DNA from: a plasmid
Sequence record: CP080654.1
DNA: 64,000 bases
Direction: 5' to 3' (one strand)
This document shows, one piece after another, positions 33,014 to 45,601 of this stretch (positions are counted from its first letter, which is position 1; each line of letters starts with the position of its first letter). A program made the translations under genes and the position numbers. Below the pieces are notes generated by a model. That model was not told where the DNA came from. It did not search any database and worked only from the letters and a program-made list of their open reading frames with translations.

Positions 33014-33212
33014 CAGGGCGAGAGCATGAGTTGATTTTTTGTTGTTTTTCATGATGAGATAGGTGGCTCGGCCAATGCTGAACAAATTTGAGATCGCATT
33101 TTCAGCACACCCCTGTACAAAATACGAGCAGAAAATGCAATTGCACCTTGGGATGACAGTGGTTAAATTTTTTTGGTTAACATGTCAGTAACTCATGCTC
33201 TCGCCCTGAGTT
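33014..33212. mobile_element. ~200-bp MITE-like element with ~20-bp terminal inverted repeats
   Basis: CAGGGCGAGAGCATGAGTT (33018) and AACTCATGCTCTCGCCCTG (33193), no internal ORF; related solo copy at 45244-45269. Confidence 0.4.
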
Positions 33213-33317
33213 CGCACCTTCCGCTACTTCGACAGTTGTGTAAAAAACCGTGCTCGTTGATAACCAGAAGGTGCGGTACTGAAAAACTATTGCTTGCAAC
33301 AATTTGCTCAAACGTCA

Positions 33318-33677
33318 CTATGGCTTTTCATGGTTTTTAACCCATTTTTGCATCTGGTCGATTTCTGGTTGCTGGGCTTTGATAATATCTTCTGCCAGCT
33401 TTCGCATTTCAGGATCCTTACCAAATTTAAGCTGCGTTTCAGACATTTGAATGGCACCTTGATGGTGGGCAATCATCCCTTTTGCAAAGGCAACATCTGG
33501 ATCAGAGGACATCACTCCTGCCATCATGTCGTTATGCATACTTTTCATACCAGACATCAACTCTTGAGAAGCTGGAGACATGGAATGGTGATCGCCCATC
33601 GGCATGGTTTTGTCAACCGCAAAAACAGCAACAGGAGACATTAATAGGGCGGTCAGTATCAATATTTTTTTGTTCAT
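33318..33677 (-). CDS. DUF305-family secreted protein (metal-resistance associated)
   Basis: Signal peptide MNKKILILTALLMSPVAVFA; His-rich GMIAHHQGAI motif. Confidence 0.6.
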   Translation of the reverse strand: MNKKILILTALLMSPVAVFAVDKTMPMGDHHSMSPASQELMSGMKSMHNDMMAGVMSSDPDVAFAKGMIAHHQGAIQMSETQLKFGKDPEMRKLAEDIIKAQQPEIDQMQKWVKNHEKP

Positions 33678-33848
33678 TTTACTACCTCTTAAAGAAAACT
33701 CGTTCGCTGAGAAGTATTTACTTATCTCACTTCAAGTTACCTGACTATTGGACTTTGGCCTACAAGAAACTCGAATTATTCAGAGTGTAGATGGCGTTGT
33801 TTCCCAAATCAACCATCAAGCCACGACTGCCCCAGCCCCAAGTGACCG

Positions 33849-34094
33849 TTACACTCGGCGCTTTCTGACAGGCAGACCAAGGGGGTTCAGTTTGTTGATT
33901 GCACCAACATACGCCATCACTTCCCCTACCTGACCGTTGTATGTTCGCAGACTGATTTTGCCCGTCATCAACTGCTTGAACCGATACATCGCCGTCTCTG
34001 CCTGCGAGCGACGGTGATATCCCGATATCTTCTTCCAGTGCACCAGCCCTTCCTTGCGCATCACCAGCACCGCCTCATTTACGCCCCAGGGCAA
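33849..34094 (-). pseudogene. IS903-group (IS5 family) transposase C-terminal fragment
   Basis: ...HRRSQAETAMYRFKQLMTGKISLRTYNGQVGEVMAYVGAINKLNPLGLP resembles the IS903 Tnp C-terminus. Confidence 0.55.
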
Positions 34095-34180
34095 GATCGC
34101 GAACGTTTTTTGACCAAGAAAAACAGGTTTGACCCTGCGATCCAGCTGTGATCTTATGCTCCTTTTTCAGGAGTGCCTTC

Positions 34181-35287
34181 ATGTCTATTGATGCTGTTTT
34201 TGCTCAGTTTTTCGATGATATTCCCGACCCTCGCCAGCATGCCAAGATTTATTATCCTTTCTACGATGTCCTGTTTCTCACCGTCTGCGCAGTGATAGGT
34301 GGCGCAGACGGGTGGGAAGATATTGAAGATTTCGGTGAGGTTCATCTTCCTTGGTTTCAATCCAAGGGGCTGTTTAAAAATGGTATTCCTGTCCATGACA
34401 CCATCGCCAGGATCATCTCCGGTATCAAACCAGAGCCGTTTCAGGCCGCGTTCGTACGTTGGACTCAAGCCATCAACCAGCACACCGAAGGCGCCTTGGT
34501 CGCTATCGATGGCAAAACCCTGCGCAGTTCCTATAACCGTGAAGATCGAACGTCGACCATTCACATGGTAAGCGCCTATGCCGCCGCTAATAAACTGGTG
34601 CTCGGACAGATAAAAACCGACGCCAAGTCCAATGAAATCACCGCCATTCCCGACTTGTTGGCGTTGCTCGACATCAAAGGCTGCCTGGTATCCATCGATG
34701 CGATGGGGTGCCAAACCGAGATCGCCGAGACCATCCTCCAGCAAAGTGGCGATTACTTGTTAGCCGTCAAAGGCAACCAGCCCAAGTTGTTCGAGGCGGT
34801 CCGGCAAGCCCTGGCCCCGCTGGCGGCTACCCCATTATGCGCAGCAACGATGACTCTTGATAAGGCTCATGGGCGCATCGATGGTCGTGAGTACCATATC
34901 ATGGCGGCGGGTGAGTTAGCCGCCCAGTTTCCTCATTGGGAACAGTTGCGCAGTATTGGCGTGGCCATCTCTTATCGCATTGAAAAAAGGGAAAAAATCA
35001 CTATTGAACAGCGTTATTACATCAGTTCCAAAGCACTGACGCGGGATGAGTTTGCACGATCGGTGCGTGGGCACTGGGCCATCGAAAATAGCCTGCACTG
35101 GGTGCTGGACGTCACGATGGGCGAGGACGATTGCCCAATTTATCGCGGTGATGCCGCAGAGATCCTTGCGTGCATCCGGCACATGGGGCTGAACATGCTC
35201 AGGGCTGAAACTTCACGCAAAGCGAGCATCAGACGGAAGCAAAAGATTGCAGGAATGAGCAGTGAATACCTGGAAAAGGTACTCAAT
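34181..35287 (+). CDS. tnp: ISAs1-family transposase, 3' end interrupted by the Tn4401a insertion
   Basis: HWAIENSLHWVLDVTMGEDD motif; ORF reads through the 5-bp TSD into the Tn4401 IR; its natural C-terminus (...LNAGLNKLGEF*) resumes after 45195. Confidence 0.7.
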
Positions 35288-35641
35288 GGGGGGGTAAGCG
35301 GGAACCCCAGAAAATTCCGCCATTCCGCATTGTGGAATTTTTTGGGGGGGTGGTCCGCGGCATGACGACCCGCCAAAGGCTACCGCATCTATCTGAGGCG
35401 CTGTGGCGCGACGCTGAAACCCCGGGGAATTCCGCTACTCCAGTTCCAGGTCCGCAATAGTTCGTCCAGGTCGGGTGGCGTACGCCGGAAACGCCGATTT
35501 TTCCGCAACCGTTTCTGCGTTGTCGGCAAGGTGGTCTCAGAGAGCGCTCAAGAAGCGGTTTTTCTCGTATGTTTAGCTACGGTGGCCTAGGAGCCTGCGC
35601 GGCAGAAGCCAAATCGGCGGAAGATCGAGGACGATACGGGG

Positions 35642-36961
35642 ATGGCTGCCAGTTACCTTCCTTACCGACCCGACCAATCCTATCTGCTGCCCCCTTCTCT
35701 GGGAGAGTGGCTACCTGAAGGGCATCTTGCCTACTTCATCAGCGAGACTGTCGATACGCTGGACTTGAGCGCATTCCACGCCCGGTATGCCGGCGGTGGT
35801 CCGGGCAATCAGCCGTTTCATCCGGCGATGATGGTCAAAGTGCTGATCTATGGTTACGCGAGCGGCGTCTTCTCTTCGCGCAAACTAGCCAGGAAGCTGT
35901 ACGAGGATGTCGCGTTGCGTGTGCTGGCCGCTGGAAACTTCCCGGCCCACCGCACGCTGAGTGACTTCCGTGCCCTACACCTGACCGAGCTTGAGAATTT
36001 GTTCGTTCAGGTGGTGCAACTGGCGCGCGAATGTGGGCTGGTGAAGCTTGGCACGATCGCGGTCGACGGCACCAAGGTAAAAGCCAACGCCAGCCGCCAC
36101 AAGGCGATGAGCTATAAGCGCATGAAGCCGGCCGAGGACGAATTGCATTGCGAGATCAAGGCGCTGCTTGATCGCGCCAAGGCTACCGACGACCAGGAGC
36201 GTAACGAGCCGGAGCTGGACATTCCTGCCGAGATTTCTCGCCGCGAGAAGCGCCTGGAGGCGATCCAGGCGGCAAAGGCGCGCCTGGAAGCGCGCCAGCG
36301 TGAAGCGGACCAGGCCCGGGGGCGCAGCGAAGACGATGGCCGCCGGCCTCGCCATCCGGATGGCTCGGACAAGGGCGGTGGCTCGTACAAACGCGAGTTT
36401 GGTGTGCCGGATGACCGTGATCAGGAAAGCTTCACCGATCCGGACAGCCGGATCATGAAACACGCCGGTGGTGGCTCCGAGCAGAGCTACAACGGGTACA
36501 CAGCGGTCGATGCCGAGCACCAGATCATCGTGGCGGCGGAGTTGACCAACTGCGCCGCGGACAGTCAGGCGCTGCTGGGCATGCTGGCAGCAGTTCAGGC
36601 CAACACCGGAGAAATGCCGGCCCAGACGCTGGCGGATGCGGGATTCCGTAGTGAGGCTGTTCTGGCAAAGGTCGCCGATCACCACGGCGATGTCATCGTT
36701 GCCCTCGGCCGCGAGGGACGTGAAGATGCCAAGGTCAATGCCAAGACCCATCCGCATACGGCGGCGATTGCGGCGAAATTGAAAACGGAGCAAGGCGATG
36801 CAGCTTACCGCCGGCGCAAGTCGATCGTGGAGGCTCCGAATGGTTGGATCAAGGCGGTGATGGGATTGCGTCAGTTCAGCATGAGGGGCCTGGACAAGGT
36901 GCAAGCCGAGTGGAAGCTCGTCTGCATGGCGCTAAATCTGAGGCGAATGGCGTATCTGTGA
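35642..36961 (+). CDS. tnp: ISKpn6 transposase (IS1182 family)
   Basis: 439 aa; position downstream of blaKPC as in Tn4401. Confidence 0.85.
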   Translation: MAASYLPYRPDQSYLLPPSLGEWLPEGHLAYFISETVDTLDLSAFHARYAGGGPGNQPFHPAMMVKVLIYGYASGVFSSRKLARKLYEDVALRVLAAGNFPAHRTLSDFRALHLTELENLFVQVVQLARECGLVKLGTIAVDGTKVKANASRHKAMSYKRMKPAEDELHCEIKALLDRAKATDDQERNEPELDIPAEISRREKRLEAIQAAKARLEARQREADQARGRSEDDGRRPRHPDGSDKGGGSYKREFGVPDDRDQESFTDPDSRIMKHAGGGSEQSYNGYTAVDAEHQIIVAAELTNCAADSQALLGMLAAVQANTGEMPAQTLADAGFRSEAVLAKVADHHGDVIVALGREGREDAKVNAKTHPHTAAIAAKLKTEQGDAAYRRRKSIVEAPNGWIKAVMGLRQFSMRGLDKVQAEWKLVCMALNLRRMAYL

Positions 36962-37210
36962 GGGCGAAGGTTAAATGGGGCGGCTCAAATGCACCCCAGT
37001 CGTCATAACACGCCGCGCGCCGCAAGATTGGTATCCTTGGCGCCGACGCCTTGCCAATTGCAGAGAGCGCCGCCGCCATCGTCAGTGCTCTACAGAAAAC
37101 CGGTCACACGGCTCTGCCGCGCAGACTCCTAGCCTAAATGTGACAGTGGTTGGTAATCCATGCCGCCCGCAAGGGCGGCGGTGGTGGGCCAATAGATGAT
37201 TTTCAGAGCC

Positions 37211-38092
37211 TTACTGCCCGTTGACGCCCAATCCCTCGAGCGCGAGTCTAGCCGCAGCGGCGATGACGGCCTCGCTGTGCTTGTCATCCTTGTTAGGCGC
37301 CCGGGTGTAGACGGCCAACACAATAGGTGCGCGCCCAGTGGGCCAGACGACGGCATAGTCATTTGCCGTGCCATACACTCCGCAGGTTCCGGTTTTGTCT
37401 CCGACTGCCCAGTCTGCCGGCACCGCCGCGCGGATGCGGTGGTTGCCGGTCGTGTTTCCCTTTAGCCAATCAACAAACTGCTGCCGCTGCGGCGCAGCCA
37501 GTGCAGAGCCCAGTGTCAGTTTTTGTAAGCTTTCCGTCACGGCGCGCGGCGATGAGGTATCGCGCGCATCGCCTGGGATGGCGGAGTTCAGCTCCAGCTC
37601 CCAGCGGTCCAGACGGAACGTGGTATCGCCGATAGAGCGCATGAAGGCCGTCAGCCCGGCCGGGCCGCCCAACTCCTTCAGCAACAAATTGGCGGCGGCG
37701 TTATCACTGTATTGCACGGCGGCCGCGGACAGCTCCGCCACCGTCATGCCTGTTGTCAGATATTTTTCCGAGATGGGTGACCACGGAACCAGCGCATTTT
37801 TGCCGTAACGGATGGGTGTGTCCAGCAAGCCGGCCTGCTGCTGGCTGCGAGCCAGCACAGCGGCAGCAAGAAAGCCCTTGAATGAGCTGCACAGTGGGAA
37901 GCGCTCCTCAGCGCGGTAACTTACAGTTGCGCCTGAGCCGGTATCCATCGCGTACACACCGATGGAGCCGCCAAAGTCCTGTTCGAGTTTAGCGAATGGT
38001 TCCGCGACGAGGTTGGTCAGCGCGGTGGCAGAAAAGCCAGCCAGCGGCCATGAGAGACAAGACAGCAGAACTAGACGGCGATACAGTGACAT
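37211..38092 (-). CDS. blaKPC-2: Carbapenemase KPC-2
   Basis: 293 aa [12 protein letters not shown]...; KDDKHSEAV (His at the position where KPC-3 has Tyr). Confidence 0.95.
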
Positions 38093-38379
38093 CAACGATA
38101 TTCCTTGTTTGAAGGTGGAGCTAGGTGTAGCGGCCGGATGTAATCAGGCCGCTACAGCTGGGATTATCACCGAGCTTGAAAAACGAATCAGGTCGGCGTT
38201 CATGGGTCGGCCACCTCGCCTGACCTCGGCATCCACGTTACGGACGGCCTCAGGAAGTCCTGGCCAAGCCCCGACTATTGGGGCGCGAAGATAGCACCGA
38301 GGGTACGCCGGTGTCAACACCAACTGAAAACTGACCCACTTTACCCCTGAATCACCAAAGTAATACTGACCCACCTGGA

Positions 38380-40205
<1,826 letters not shown>

Positions 40206-40287
40206 ACTAGCCCAGGTGGATCAGTTTTACTTCGCTGGGGTGGGTCAGTTTTACACTGCTGCTAACACGGAACCGCTGAAAATTCCG

Positions 40288-43200
40288 TCACTCCAGTTCC
40301 AGGCCTGCGACGATCGCATCGAGATCGATCGTCTTGCCGCTGCTTTGAAAGGTGTAGTGCCCGTTGAGCAGGATGTGCCGCCATGCCGCAGGCGAAATTT
40401 TTGTGATGAGTGCCAGCGCCTTGCTGTTGCCGGCCGCCTCGTACTTGGTCACCAGCCGCGACAAGATTGCCGAGTTGTAGAAAATGATCGTGTTGGCGAT
40501 CAGCCGTGCGCACTGGTTGCTGATCTCGATTTCAATGTCGGTGCGACCGGTCAGTTCCTTCTTACCGCCGACCTGGGCAATGGCCGAGCGTAGCTGATGG
40601 TAGGACTCGAGGCGATTTTGCGAGCGGTGCACGTTGCGTTCCAGTTGCGGATCGCGCAGGTAGCGAAGCGTGTAGATGCTGCGGATGAGCTTGTCGAACT
40701 CGAAGATCGCGCGCCGCGTCGGGTTCGTCGTGGTGTAGGTGCACAGCTTGCGGATCAGCGTGCCCTGCGTCATTTCCTTCAGCCCGAGTGTGGCGACGAT
40801 CCGGTCGATGTTCGGCTTCTCGCGATGGATGAGATCGCAGTCGATTTTCCCGACTGGCCGAATCAGGCACGCCTGATACTGTGCTGGATCGTCAGCGCAG
40901 TAGAGTTCTTTCAATTGCGCGTTGAGGTCGGTGAAGCGCGGCTCGAACCGCCGGCCAAACCAATGCAGGATGGCGAAGTTGGCCTTGTTGACGCTGTGCA
41001 TGTCGCCGGTGATCGCGGTCGGCATGATGTCCGACGTGTTGCGATACCAGATGTCGAACACGTGGTGGGCCTCGTAGTCGTGCGCGCCGATCAGGTAGCC
41101 GTTGAGCGGGATGTGGTTGCACAGCAGCGTGTAGGCGACCACGCCCTTGCCGCGCCCGAAGTACTTGCGCGAATAGCGCGCCTTCACGGTCGGCCGTTCG
41201 ACGCTGAATTTCTGCCCGTCGACGGCACCGTACAGCGTTTCGAGGTCGAACGAGTAGTATGGGAAGATCGGTAGCGTGGCGATGGCGTTGCTGATGCAGT
41301 CGTTGGCCGCGTGCAGCGTTGCCTGGCGCAGGTACTGCTGGTAGCCGCTATCCAGCACGTGGTACGGGATGTCGCTGGTGCGCGCCATGACGTGGTTGCC
41401 GTGGTTCATCGCTTGCGCGATGATGACCGCCATCAGGCTGTCAGCGTCGGCGACCTTCTTCGCGTAGCGCGGCTGCATGGGCGTGAACGCCGACAGAAAC
41501 TTGCACTCGTCGTTGACGAAGCGAAACACGTCGGCCACGTCGCAGAACGGAAGCTTCTCGTAGAATGCCTTTTCGCGCGCTTTCTCATTCTCGCTCTTGG
41601 GCTTGCGCCAGGTCAGTTTCTGCGTGTCCTTGTTGTATTCGAGGTGCGTCAGCTTGCCCTGTTTCAGCTCGCGGTTGAACGCCAGCCACTGCGTGCGCAG
41701 TTCGGCAGTCAGCGCATCGAGTTGGGCATGGACGGGTTGCTGCAGGAAGGGGATCTCCATTTTTGCGAGCACATCGATCTTCCTGTCCATCTCAACCAGT
41801 TCATCTGAGAAGTGCCGGTGTTGCAGGCTGTCGTCGAGGTAGAGTTCACCCGATTGGAGACGCTTCCTGATCTGGCGGTACAGCCAGAACTCGTAGCGGT
41901 CAGCGTGCAGGCCGGTTGGTTTACCGTCGGCGTCGAAGGTCAGCAGGTACGGCCGCAAGCGTTTCGGAAGTGTCGCCGCGGGCCACTCGTCGAGTGGCCG
42001 TTGCGACAGCCGCTGCTGCTTGGCAAAAACACCTTTGGCCCAGGCCAGCGCGGCAAGCCATGGACTGTCTGGATTGGAGCCGGAGAGGTCGAGCGCAACG
42101 TACAGTGGACGAAGATGGCGGCGCATGCGGTCGGCCAGCCCGTCCACCGCCTGCCACTGCAAGGCCAGCTTGCTCGCCGGCTTCACGCTCATACGCTGCG
42201 CCGTGGTTTGCAGCGTATCGCGAGGCATGATCTTGTAGGCGCGCTGCCGCACCTCGCCGAAGGGCGTGGGATCGGCCACGCTATCATCAACGTAGAGTGA
42301 CAGCAGGCGGCCTACCCGCGGCGTTTCCTGCTGACGGCGCACCTGCTCGTCGGCAAAGGATTGTTTGGCACCAGCGCTGCTTTCGTCCTCCAACTGCTTC
42401 ATGTGGTACGCCATCGCATCGACCAGGTTGTCGGAGAGCTGCCGGTAGCGTACCCAGGCATAGCACAGCAGGTAGAGTTGGGTCTGATCGGCCTTCAGAT
42501 TGCGCAGGTCGTGGACGGTGTAGAAGTTTGCCAGGCTCGCGTAGTACAGCAGGTTCTGCTGCGAGACGTCGAGTTTAGGCAGCAGTGTCTTGGCGATTGC
42601 GTGCAGCGGCTCCAGCGTGGCGCGCTTTTCGCGCTCGCGGACCATCTGGCGCCAGCCGAAATTCTTGGCGTCCTGCTTGAGCGCCGCCAGTTGCGACAGG
42701 GTGTCATCACGGACCAGAAGCTGGCTCAGCGCGGCCTTGGCAGATTCGTCCAACGCTTGCTCCAGCAGATTGCCCAGGCGCCGGCGCTCGGCGGATAGCG
42801 TTTCGCTGACCAACTCTTGCAAGGTCGTATAGCCGGGCCGGATAATCTTGTGCTCATTGAGCCAGACGATCAGCTCGGCGGCGACGAACCCCGGCGTTAC
42901 GTCACGCCGCACGGTCCGTGCGGCCTGCTGCTCGAGCTGCGGCAGGAAGGCGGCCGACCACGGCCAGTAGCCGAATAGTTTGGCGATCTGCTCGCGCTGG
43001 GTGTAGCGTTCATGCTTGGTGATCGCCTTGGGTTCGAACACCTCGCCGTGGAAATAGCGGCTCAGCACGAAAGCGCAATCGTCCTCGACTTCGTCCCAGT
43101 CGAAACTGAAGAAGGCATGCTTGGCCTTGAAGTAGCCGATCTGCAAGAGGCAATAGACCTTGGCATGAAGACTGGGCCGGCTGTTGGCAAGCGCCAACTC

Positions 43201-43317
43201 GGTTTCTGTCACAGCCAGATATTCCAGCTGCTGCGCATCATCGAACTCCGGCAGGCCATACAAGGCCTCCTGTTCGGCGTCGGATAGGACGCTGAGTAGC
43301 TTGTTCTTCTTGCTCAT
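40288..43317 (-). CDS. tnpA: Tn4401 Tn3-family transposase TnpA
   Basis: 1009 aa; divergent from tnpR across a 109-bp res region. Confidence 0.9.
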   Translation of the reverse strand: MSKKNKLLSVLSDAEQEALYGLPEFDDAQQLEYLAVTETELALANSRPSLHAKVYCLLQIGYFKAKHAFFSFDWDEVEDDCAFVLSRYFHGEVFEPKAITKHERYTQREQIAKLFGYWPWSAAFLPQLEQQAARTVRRDVTPGFVAAELIVWLNEHKIIRPGYTTLQELVSETLSAERRRLGNLLEQALDESAKAALSQLLVRDDTLSQLAALKQDAKNFGWRQMVREREKRATLEPLHAIAKTLLPKLDVSQQNLLYYASLANFYTVHDLRNLKADQTQLYLLCYAWVRYRQLSDNLVDAMAYHMKQLEDESSAGAKQSFADEQVRRQQETPRVGRLLSLYVDDSVADPTPFGEVRQRAYKIMPRDTLQTTAQRMSVKPASKLALQWQAVDGLADRMRRHLRPLYVALDLSGSNPDSPWLAALAWAKGVFAKQQRLSQRPLDEWPAATLPKRLRPYLLTFDADGKPTGLHADRYEFWLYRQIRKRLQSGELYLDDSLQHRHFSDELVEMDRKIDVLAKMEIPFLQQPVHAQLDALTAELRTQWLAFNRELKQGKLTHLEYNKDTQKLTWRKPKSENEKAREKAFYEKLPFCDVADVFRFVNDECKFLSAFTPMQPRYAKKVADADSLMAVIIAQAMNHGNHVMARTSDIPYHVLDSGYQQYLRQATLHAANDCISNAIATLPIFPYYSFDLETLYGAVDGQKFSVERPTVKARYSRKYFGRGKGVVAYTLLCNHIPLNGYLIGAHDYEAHHVFDIWYRNTSDIMPTAITGDMHSVNKANFAILHWFGRRFEPRFTDLNAQLKELYCADDPAQYQACLIRPVGKIDCDLIHREKPNIDRIVATLGLKEMTQGTLIRKLCTYTTTNPTRRAIFEFDKLIRSIYTLRYLRDPQLERNVHRSQNRLESYHQLRSAIAQVGGKKELTGRTDIEIEISNQCARLIANTIIFYNSAILSRLVTKYEAAGNSKALALITKISPAAWRHILLNGHYTFQSSGKTIDLDAIVAGLELE

Positions 43318-43426
43318 GGCCCGTTCTTGCTATCTTGAGGTTTCGTAGAAACATGGGGCATTTTCGATTCTACTGAAATAATCGTTATTATCGCGTTACT
43401 CGCTTTTCGAATCGCAACCTGTCCAT

Positions 43427-45142
43427 ATGAAAACGGGCCAGACTACGGCTTCGAGTTCTACCCCAGTCGGCTTTCCCGATGCGGATTCGCTGGCTGCCTT
43501 GCGCGGCTGGTACGCGGGACTCAGCTCTCGCGCGGCCGTTGAACACTACCTGGCGGCACGCAAGGCCGCCGGTCAATCAGCGCGAGGGATGCTGGGGCAT
43601 ATCCGCCGCCAGCTCATCGTTTTCGCCAACAGCCGCCACCGGCCGGATCTGGCCGACGTGTTCCAGCACGCCCCCGAAGAGCGACAGGGGCGCGCGGGTG
43701 CCGTCGAACGCGCGATCCGGCTCTTGCCCACGCTGCCGGCGCCGAAGCCCCAGATCAGCGACAGCATCGACCAGTGGCTGTCTCCGAGGACCGTCAGGGC
43801 ACTGCAGGCGTACGGTATCCACACCCTCTCGGCGCTGACCGTGCGCATTCCCCGCCGGCGTGGCTGGTGGAAAGCCATCGAGGGACTCGGCATGACAGGC
43901 GCCCGGCAGGTCGAGGCTTTCTTTGCCGCACATCCGCAGCTCACCGAGCGCGCCCGGGCCCTGATCCCGATTATTCAGCCCAGCGGCATCGTGCCGTGGG
44001 AGCAGTTGCGTCTGCCGAACGAAGTCGACGGCTCGCAGGGCAATTTCCGGGCCCCGCGCAACGCTTGCACGCTGAATGCGACCAACGACTACGAGGCCGT
44101 GCAGGCCTGGCTGGCGCTGCACGAGACTGTCGCCACACAGCGCGCCTATCGCAAGGAGGCTGCGCGGCTAATCCTGTGGGCCATCGTCGAACGCGGACGG
44201 GCGCTATCATCCCTGACCACGGACGATGCAATCGCGTACCGGGCCTTTGTCCGGCACCCGACCCCGCGCGAGCGTTGGGTGGGGCCACCTCGACCACGCG
44301 ATTCGGTGGAATGGCGCCCCTTCTCGGGCGGCTTGTCCGCACGCTCGGCAGCGTATGCGCTGACGGTGCTCTCGGCGCTGTTCCGGTGGCTCATCGAGCA
44401 GCGCTATGTGCTGGCCAACCCTTTCGCCGGCGTCAAGGTACGCGGTCACGCCTTGCGGCCCGCACTGGATACGGCGCGAGGCTTTACCGAGGGAGAATGG
44501 CTACTGCTGCGCGCCATTGCAGACGGCCTGGAATGGTCCTACGGCTGGTCCGAGCCGGCAGCACAACGCCTGCGCTTCATGCTCGACTTCGGCTATGCCA
44601 CGGGCCTGCGCGCTAGCGAACTGGTCGGCGCCGTCCTGGGTAATGTCCGCCTCGACGAGCACGGTGACCACTGGCTGCATTTGGTTGGCAAAGGTGGCAA
44701 ACCAGGTAAGGTGGCCTTGCCGCCGCTCGCGTATACGGCGCTGGACCAATACTTGGCACAGCGTCAACTGCCAGTCAGCCGGGAACGGTGGAATCCGAAA
44801 ACGCCCCTGGTGGGCAGTCTTGGGGAAGACGGTAATGCCGGCATCACCGGCCCTCACCTTTGGTGCGTGTTGCGAAGATTCTTTACGCAAGCCGCTGAGG
44901 CCATTGAGGCCGATCATCCGGTCGCCGCCGAAAAGCTGCGCCGTGCCACGCCTCATTGGATGCGTCACAGTCATGCCAGCCATGCGTTGGCCCGGGGAGC
45001 TCAGCTCACCGCGGTGCGCGACAACCTACGCCATGCGTCGATCGCCACGACGTCGATGTATTTGCATGGCGATGAGCTCGAGCGCGCCAGGCAGATGCGG
45101 CAGGCTTTTGGCGCTCGTCACGTCAAGCGAGGAGTCGACTGA
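43427..45142 (+). CDS. tnpR: Tn4401 resolvase/recombinase (large tyrosine-recombinase type)
   Basis: 571 aa; C-terminal R..HxxR..Y block (WMRHSHASHALARGA...SMYLHG). Confidence 0.85.
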   Translation: MKTGQTTASSSTPVGFPDADSLAALRGWYAGLSSRAAVEHYLAARKAAGQSARGMLGHIRRQLIVFANSRHRPDLADVFQHAPEERQGRAGAVERAIRLLPTLPAPKPQISDSIDQWLSPRTVRALQAYGIHTLSALTVRIPRRRGWWKAIEGLGMTGARQVEAFFAAHPQLTERARALIPIIQPSGIVPWEQLRLPNEVDGSQGNFRAPRNACTLNATNDYEAVQAWLALHETVATQRAYRKEAARLILWAIVERGRALSSLTTDDAIAYRAFVRHPTPRERWVGPPRPRDSVEWRPFSGGLSARSAAYALTVLSALFRWLIEQRYVLANPFAGVKVRGHALRPALDTARGFTEGEWLLLRAIADGLEWSYGWSEPAAQRLRFMLDFGYATGLRASELVGAVLGNVRLDEHGDHWLHLVGKGGKPGKVALPPLAYTALDQYLAQRQLPVSRERWNPKTPLVGSLGEDGNAGITGPHLWCVLRRFFTQAAEAIEADHPVAAEKLRRATPHWMRHSHASHALARGAQLTAVRDNLRHASIATTSMYLHGDELERARQMRQAFGARHVKRGVD

Positions 45143-45436
45143 ATTTTCATCATACGGAATGACGGAATTTTCTGGGATTCCCGCTTAGAACCCCTCAATG
45201 CTGGCCTCAACAAATTGGGTGAATTTTAACAATATGTTCACGCTCTCGCCCTGCCCCGGCACAGTCCGCTGAAGGAATGGCAGTTCCGTTCACCACATTT
45301 GCTAAGACATCAGGACTTACTTTGTAATCTGGAAGTACATCGAAGTTGCAACAATAGTACTCTATTGCGTGACGTAGATTCGTGACGTATAGTTACTGCA
45401 ACTTTTTTGTTTATAACTACCGTCAGGTACAAAATT

Positions 45437-45592
45437 ATGTCTCCCGTACAAGCTAAACAAAAGCAGCATGAACGCTACGAAGCCGTAGCGGTGCAGGTTT
45501 TGCGTGGTCGTGCCGGTTACAAACCTGCCGTGAAAAGCCGCTTCAGTAAGTCAGCTAGCAGCAAATTCTCTCATACTATCGCTTTTGCCTGA
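45437..45592 (+). CDS. Small basic protein (51 aa), first gene of a two-gene module
   Basis: MSPVQAKQKQHERYEAVAVQVLRGRAGYKPAVKSRFSK...; upstream region has CGTGACGTA x2 and palindromic TTGCAAC...GTTACTGCAAC. Confidence 0.4.
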   Translation: MSPVQAKQKQHERYEAVAVQVLRGRAGYKPAVKSRFSKSASSKFSHTIAFA

Positions 45593-45601
45593 TCCTGGAC
45601 T

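Noticed and set aside
33207-33224. TTCGCACCTTCC resembling the IS5 terminal repeat
   Set aside because: Only ~12 bp match and no IS5 transposase; better explained as part of the MITE-like element end.
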